A stretch of DNA of 5,029 nucleotides from Tubiluchus corallicola (taxonomy: Eukaryota; Animalia; Priapulida): contig JAQGDQ010002268.1 of assembly GCA_030141605.1 (NCBI GenBank), positions 1 to 5,029 on the forward strand, written 5' to 3'. Made by a program: the position numbers and the translations under genes. The notes under the pieces are model-generated. The model had not been told where the DNA came from. It did no database searches and saw only the letters and a list, made by a program, of their open reading frames with translations. Below, in pieces: positions 1-5,029 of this stretch. Numbering within the stretch: the first letter of the stretch is position 1; every line of letters begins with the position of its first letter.

Positions 1-114
1 CTGAGTCCCGACTCAAAAACCCTAAGTACTAACAACTCTGATTCCAACTCCTTTAGCAGTAAATTTACTGCCCATTCCAACTCTGACTTCACGACTCCCG
101 ACTTCACAACTCTA
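1..114. repeat. Decayed (CGACTC)n-rich repeat, probably the right end of a non-autonomous TIR element (hAT-like?)
   Basis: Repeated CGACTC/CAACTC/TGACTT/TGATTC hexamers at 9-14, 33-51 and 74-113, ending GACTTCACAACTCTA. This resembles the GACTCCGACTCCGCAACCCTG ends I recall from invertebrate non-autonomous elements. Any partner end would lie outside the window. Confidence 0.55.
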
Positions 115-649
115 AATTTTATTAATACGAACGTCTGCGAACCTAATTGTAAGTAATATTCGATAAATCGTAAGAAAATCTGATCTTTAAAAGTTAGAAA
201 TACAGCATTCATGAAGTAAGCCATTATAAAACAGTTGTACAGTAGTGTGTATTGAGTTGCGAGTGCAAAAAAAGTACTTTTATGTCAACTCCTGTAATAA
301 TTTCTGCTTTTCTTGGATGTTTTGCGCTATAAATCTTTAATCAAAAGGCTCAGAAACAGAAAAATTAAGAGTTCAGTTTTTCAACACAAGGGGGACGAAA
401 TTGCCAAAATGTCCGCCCAAGAAACTTTCAATAACTCCGGGGCAGATATTTTAAAACTGTCACAGAATAAAAGAAGAGAGAATCATATACTATTAATCTA
501 AATTGCTGTTTTTCAAAATTTATGGTACATGGCATTTCCATACTATTCCACCCAGTATCATTTAAAGCACAAGAAAACCCTTCACTTACTTAAGCCTAAA
601 AAAATTGTCTTGATATTTTGTACCACTTAACGCACTGCCTTTTTGTACA

Positions 650-855
650 CAGGGCTCGCGTCAGCAGTAACACTGTATAAAACTTTTAAATTTAAACTCC
701 TGCGATGACTGTTAGATGCAGCCATTTTGACGATAAGTCTTTTGAAACAAATTTAGATAACACTGAATAAAGTTTGAAAAGATAATCAGAGCATTCGTAG
801 CACACCTGTTACTAACTAAATGAAGTGTTTAATTACTGCATCTTGTCAATAAGAT
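650..855 (+). repeat. Dispersed direct repeat, copy 1
   Basis: 650-726 aligns without gaps to 4463-4539 at 62/77 identity. After a 12-bp indel, similarity continues to a shared TTGTCAATAAGAT (843-855 / 4643-4655). Weaker similarity may extend upstream to about 570. Confidence 0.9.
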
Positions 856-2249
856 TAAAATTACATTTTTTGGTTTGTGAGTGGCGCACCCTGGAAAGTC
901 AGTGACATTTTATCAATTATTATTTTTAGTTGCATAAATCTTTCCAGCAGTTAAGCGAAATGTTAAGTAATATAGATTTGCATGGAAAGTTGTTTGGGAC
1001 ATAATTTAACATTCCCTTTTTCCCCCTGATTATGTGTATATGACTTCATGTTATGGCGCCGTCAGTACAGTATTGCGGGAGATATAAAATGAAAACAAAC
1101 AAAAAATCATTTCAACGTACAATGTACGCATTAAATTGCTATAAAGTAATATAATTTTTGTGAAACCTATTTTAGCACCCCTTTTCTTCAGGTTACCTTT
1201 TTCTTGTCCTTTAAATAAATACCTGGCGGTCTTCTGTTCCGAGACAAACTATAACTATGCTTACACTACATTAGTAAAGAAACATGCACTGATAAGGCAC
1301 AAGACAGTTATCGAAGGTGACTTGAATTTCAAATATGTAAATTTAAACTTCGTAAATCATGTGAAGCATTTCAGTAAATTAATACAAAAAATAGATCACA
1401 CACAATAAAAATATATACGCCCATCCGAAGCAGTATTCTTCTTAATTTATCCACGCTTACATAGAGCAAAGTTACCAAATCGTGGCGCCACCGTCGGATC
1501 CTCCAGTCATAAAATTGCCAGGTTTCTGCGTGACGACGACATTGTGTCCCTGCATGGCAGCTAATTGGGCAGCATTGGGAGCAATCCCAGGTGGTGGTGG
1601 CTACAACAAAGACAACTGTTATCGTACTACCATAGACAATAAATCTAATACTCTGACTTACTTTAAAGCACAAGAAAAAGTTGTTCATATACCATATACA
1701 GTGCCTCTTAATAGCCTCACGGTTAATAGACTCAATTGCTTAATTGACTGAAAAATGCCTAGTATGGGCCGCTTCTTTTCAAATGTACATAAAAACTGTT
1801 GGTAATTGACTCAAATAACTCCGCATAATTGACTCCATATTTTTCCTTCACGTACTTAAAATAACACATTTTATTGTGTTATTAACACAAATAACACAAG
1901 TAATAACATATGCCCAAAGAGCCTTTCCTACTTTTAGGTCATCTTGTGCACTATAATGTATGTGGAAACAATCATGTTAATTACCGTTTTGTTTGTAAAC
2001 AGGTACGCTTATCATGTGCTAATACACTAGTGTAGCGATTTTGCTTTGAATCTGTTAACCGCCCACTGTTACCAAAAGAATTTCTGGGGGAGCTAAACAT
2101 TTAATCACTTGCCTAGCGGTTTCCTTCTGATGCTCTCATTGCAAATCACGCTTTCACGCTTAAATAGTTAACAGTAAAAGATGCAGGTACAGTAATCAGC
2201 TAGTATTACTTGTGACTTACAAGAGTAAACATCGTTCAGCAAAGGGCAT

Positions 2250-2463
2250 ACCATAGAGTTTGAAAAAGAAATTTTGAAAAACTGGAGCTCAAGCGCGTCA
2301 AGAGCTATACATTTTACGAGAATACGTGCATCACACAGCGAGAGATTCTCAACGTTTTTATAATTATGAGAACTTTGTGAGTCAAATTCTTTGCGAGAAA
2401 ATGAAGCAGCCGACTTTGAAGGAATTTTTTAACTTTGCAAATAAACAGACTTGCGTGATTTAG
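2250..2463 (+). pseudogene. Degenerate C-terminus of a pogo/Tigger-family transposase
   Basis: Manual translation of 2281-2463 gives TGAQARQELYILREYVHHTARDSQRFYNYENFVSQILCEKMKQPTLKEFFNFANKQTCVI*, preceded across a frameshift by TIEFEKEILK (2250-2279). KQPTLKEFF fits the KQxx[IL]xxFF PCNA-binding tail of pogo/Tigger transposases, and the upstream helix resembles their T..EA..AL..L..Y segment. It lies inside the 1699-3958 TIRs. No DDE core is visible. Recognised by pattern, not by a search. Confidence 0.7.
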
Positions 2464-2529
2464 AAAAGTATACTTTTTAATTTATTGCTAATTCACATCT
2501 ATACTCTTATATTAATATTCTTGGCATAT

Positions 2530-2543
2530 TATATATATATATA
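2530..2543. repeat. (TA)7 microsatellite, continued as (TA)4 at 2988-2995 after the MITE
   Basis: Read directly; the TA tract is split by the MITE insertion. Confidence 0.9.
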
Positions 2544-2987
2544 CAGTGGCCGCCGCTTATTGTGGACACCTCGGGCCAGCAGTGTATGTCCATATTAAGC
2601 GAAGTGACCCATGAAGACCCTTCCCCTTCATTAAAAAAGGCAAAAAACTGTCTGTATCAACTCGTCTCCTGTTTTATTGAAAAAAAGAAGTCAGACGAGT
2701 TTGTTTGGCAGGAAACTTTTCTCTCAACCTTGAACGGAAGGAAGTTATCACAGTTTCGAAGCTCTCAAGGCCACGGCAAACGGCGAACTGACTGATGCAA
2801 TGACTCACACAGGCAGCAGAGCGGGCGCGCAGGCCGTGGTTGGCAGGGCTGGTTCACGTGCCAAGAATGTTCGCTGTCCATATTAAGCGGCGGTTGTCCA
2901 TATTAACCGGCGGATTTTATTAGGGGAAAATTCCGTCCCTCGCGAGTTGTCCACAATAACCGTGTCCATAATAAGCGGCGGCCACTG
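2544..2987. mobile_element. 444-bp MITE, Tc1/mariner superfamily (pogo/Tigger-like), non-autonomous
   Basis: 26-bp TIRs: CAGTGGCCGCCGCTTATTGTGGACAC (2544-2569) versus the reverse complement of 2962-2987, CAGTGGCCGCCGCTTATTATGGACAC (25/26 identical). TA on both sides (2542-2543, 2988-2989), within a TA tract. CAGT termini are typical of pogo/Tigger. The subterminal motif TGTCCA(T/C)AWTAA(G/C)CG recurs at 2587, 2875, 2895, 2948 and 2963. Confidence 0.95.
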
Positions 2988-3004
2988 TATATATAATTTT
3001 CGAG

Positions 3005-3510
3005 GCTACAGCCGGACGAGGGCACCATTTGCAGCGATCTATATATCAAACGAAAGGTCTCGATCTAGTGTCGTGCCATTGATGGTTTATTTTTCGAATC
3101 GGGCCCACCGGGAGGAGGGGGGGGGGCGAAAAACTTCCAAAAATGGCCCTTTTTCGGCCGTTTTTTGCAAAAGTTATACGGCTGAGATGTAGAGAACGGG
3201 CCGAGGGTGGTCCTGGGTATGGATAGATAGCTCGTTCAGCGGTGGGTGTAGTAGGCCTATTTAGAATTCGCGAGAGGGCCACGGCGCCCCGCAACGGGCG
3301 TTTTCCCGGACCCAACTCGCGATTTTTTCGAAATTTTGACCAAACAGCTTGCGGCCCGGTGGGACTCTCGGAAGGAGATATGGAGCTCTTTACAAAGAGG
3401 AAGGACAGGGCTACACGATGATGTGGGCTATATGTTAGGGCAGGTCCACCGAGAGGAGTATCGACGAGTTAATTCGTGTTCTATTTTCCGCAAATTTCGA
3501 CAATTTTCGC
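3005..3510 (+). repeat. About three highly diverged ~170-bp tandem units within the Helitron
   Basis: GGGCCCACCGGGAGGAG (3101), AGGGCCACGGCG (3275) and AGGTCCACCGAGAGGAG (3442) are spaced 174 and 167 bp apart; the first and third match at 14/17. TTTCG-rich blocks at about 3150, 3323 and 3493 and GTGT.GT/GGCTAT blocks at about 3068, 3246 and 3418 are in the same register. Confidence 0.45.
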
Positions 3511-3705
3511 CTTAGAAAACTGCAGACCGCATTCCATTGTGCTGACGTCATCCATTGTGTCTATAACTTTAATTCAGCAAAAAGCTGCTTTGCGTTAGAT
3601 AAACAGACATACAGTAGGCAGGATGTTACGGGCTTTACGGGCTTTGTGTTATAAATGAGGACTGTGTAGGATGTTCGCGTGTTATTGATTATACGTGGTT
3701 TTTTA

Positions 3706-3734
3706 CGCAAAAGCTTTTGCGGGGCCTTTGCTAG
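3706..3734 (+). other. Helitron 3' terminal hairpin plus CTAG terminus
   Basis: CGCAAAAGCTTTTGCG is its own reverse complement and is followed by GGGCCTTTG and CTAG|T, matching the CTRR|T rule for Helitron ends. Confidence 0.85.
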
Positions 3735-4462
3735 TATATCAATTAATATTTTAAAATATTTTTTTCATTTTTAAGTGCACAAAGGAATTTAGGCTTTACT
3801 TCATTTCTAAAATTCTTTAAAACCTTTGCAGTGCATAGTAAGCTGATGACACATACTTCTATACCTGTAATACTACACCCACTGGCTAATAGGTTCAGTC
3901 GGTTAGTAGGGTCAAAACATTTTGGTACCAAAGTGAGTCTATTAAGAGGTGCCTACTGTATAGTGTTTCTTTATATCACTAGGCTTGAGATATATTGCTA
4001 AGCAAATTCTGTATTTTGTTAATTTCCTCAAAATATTAGAATTTATATAATATTAATCTGTCAACAAATGAATTCATTTATCTGGTTCTTCGTGGCAATC
4101 AACACTTAAACAGGACTGTTAATATTCAAATATTTAAGCTTGCGGAGGAATTTATATTTCTTACTAAGCGCTTTTAACCATTGTATTAGTTCATAATGAT
4201 TACACAGTAAATATTAATGTCATTCTCAACATTATGTTATGTATGTATCTATACTGCTAGTAGTCATACTGTAATGCTTCTACTGTTTGTTTATTGTCTG
4301 CATTCTACTAAGTGTTATGCTTCATTGGCAAAAACATTTATCAGTTGTTAAAAACTGTCTGTTCAAGCCGTATTGTAATCCTTGTTATACAATAAAACTA
4401 GGTTCAAACCAAAGCTTAAAGAATTCAAGTCCCATATCGCTTACACGCTGTCGTATAGCATG

Positions 4463-4655
4463 CAGGGCTTGTGTTTGCAGCAACACTGTATAGAACTTCA
4501 AAATTTAAACTCCCATGACGACCATTAGGTGCAGCCATTCGTTTAAAACAAGTCTAGGTAACACTGCATAAAGCTTGAAAAATGACCAGAGAATTCGTAA
4601 CACACTCTTTCCCAAAACAGCAAAAGTTTAAAATACTTTATATTGTCAATAAGAT
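4463..4655 (+). repeat. Dispersed direct repeat, copy 2 (abuts the MITE at 4661)
   Basis: Same alignment as copy 1. Shared blocks include AACACTGTATA, AAATTTAAACTCC, TGCAGCCATT, TAACACTG and TTGTCAATAAGAT. Confidence 0.9.
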
Positions 4656-4660
4656 AAATA

Positions 4661-5025
4661 CAGTCAACCCTCGTTAAACCGGACTAATTGGGGGGTGGGA
4701 TGGGGGTGTTCCGGTTTAACCGATTGTCCAATTTATCCGATATGCCTATATATGGTCTATATTATACAGGAATAATCACCTTAACAAGGCCTATATACAT
4801 TGTATTATATACTATACTGTATATTACTTTAAAATAGTTAACCTGTGAGGATAAAGAAATTATTGTACAGTTTAAATAAAAAATGGTTTCGGCCTGTCAA
4901 TGGCTCATTGTGAGTTGGTAGGCCATGTTGTGTTTAGCGCTCCGGCTCGGTCGGAAATCGGTCAGTTTCCTTTACCACGTCCGTCTTACCCGATATGTGG
5001 GGTCCGGTTTAACGAGGGTCGACTG
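4661..5025. mobile_element. 365-bp MITE, Tc1/mariner superfamily (pogo/Tigger-like), non-autonomous
   Basis: 24-bp TIRs: CAGTCAACCCTCGTTAAACCGGAC (4661-4684) versus the reverse complement of 5002-5025, CAGTCGACCCTCGTTAAACCGGAC (23/24). TA target duplication at 4659-4660 and 5026-5027. Internal TCCGGTTTAACCGA-like copies at 4710, 4726 and 4979. No ORF in the track. Confidence 0.95.
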
Positions 5026-5029
5026 TAAC

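Larger units (their letters stand above)
2498..3734 (+). mobile_element. Non-autonomous Helitron (rolling-circle element)
   Basis: Canonical 3' end: perfect 16-bp palindrome CGCAAAAGCTTTTGCG (3706-3721), a 9-nt spacer, CTAG (3731-3734), then T. The 5' end is uncertain: A|TCTATAC at 2498, or a degenerate A|T(C)TATATATA...ATTTTCG at 2529. No TSD. The GC/CpG-rich body (about 3000-3720) contrasts with the AT-rich flanks. Confidence 0.75.
1699..3958 (+). mobile_element. Old internally deleted pogo/Tigger-like DNA transposon (about 1.0-1.05 kb once nested inserts are removed)
   Basis: Left end TA|CAGTGCCTCTTAATAGCCTCAC (1699-1720) matches the reverse complement of the right end (3933-3958, CAGTAGGCACCTCTTAATAGACTCAC, followed by TA) with a 4-bp deletion and 2 mismatches. 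A TTAATAGACTCA-like motif recurs at 1707, 1722, 1739, 1801, 1824, 3885 and 3902. The element contains a transposase C-terminal remnant on the + strand. Confidence 0.8.

Noticed and set aside
313-501. 62-aa ORF
   Set aside because: Short, TTG start, no recognisable domain.
1160-1751. Overlapping ORFs 1160-1408 (+), 1371-1688 (-) and 1482-1751 (+)
   Set aside because: No recognisable domain. The two + ORFs start at GTG, and the last reads through the TIR at 1699. A small exon cannot be excluded but is unsupported.
2145-2203. Possible transposase N-terminus (LTVKDAGTVIS, loosely like K.LT..EK..II)
   Set aside because: Needs frameshifts and has no ATG; too weak without a profile search.
2875-2977. 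CRISPR-like spaced repeats (also 1707-1836)
   Set aside because: The repeats are only 13-15 bp, irregularly spaced and identical or similar to the inner TIR; no cas genes. They are explained as transposon subterminal repeats.
2562-3315. ORFs 2562-2795, 2947-3192 and 3046-3315
   Set aside because: They begin inside MITE terminal repeats or lie in the GC-rich Helitron core, and one crosses an element junction. No Rep/helicase or transposase motifs.
3626-3643. (TTACGGGCT)2, plus short palindromes at 2023-2034 and 3921-3932 and the TAACACA repeats at 1861-1899
   Set aside because: Small slippage or chance features inside transposons with no independent meaning.
3706-3721. Rho-independent terminator
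   Set aside because: No U-tract follows and there is no upstream gene; the position relative to CTAG|T fits a Helitron end.
3743-4493. ORFs 3743-3931 (-) and 4287-4493 (+)
   Set aside because: TTG starts, overlap with repeat ends, no recognisable homology.
4690-4706. G-quadruplex candidate (also the G10 run at 3117-3126)
   Set aside because: 4690-4706 has only three separable G3 tracts. The 3101-3126 candidate depends on splitting a homopolymer, and there is no functional support.

Overview
AT-rich, apparently non-coding eukaryotic DNA (most likely invertebrate intron or intergenic sequence; the host is an inference) that is largely transposon-derived. I can support no intact protein-coding gene, RNA gene or CRISPR array. 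The main structure is a three-tier nest. An old, internally deleted pogo/Tigger-type (Tc1/mariner superfamily) element at 1699-3958 keeps a transposase C-terminal remnant ending in a QxxLxxFF PIP-box. Inside it lies a non-autonomous Helitron (about 2498/2529-3734; perfect 16-bp hairpin then CTAG|T). A young 444-bp CAGT-TIR MITE (2544-2987) sits in the TA tract near the Helitron's 5' end. A second young CAGT-TIR MITE (4661-5025) is inserted at the end of one of two diverged direct copies of a roughly 200-bp repeat (650-855 and 4463-4655). The window opens in a decayed (CGACTC)n-rich element end. I see no evidence of a new protein-based system; the interest lies in the nesting, the shared end architecture of three TIR families, the retained PIP-box and the roughly 170-bp periodic Helitron core.
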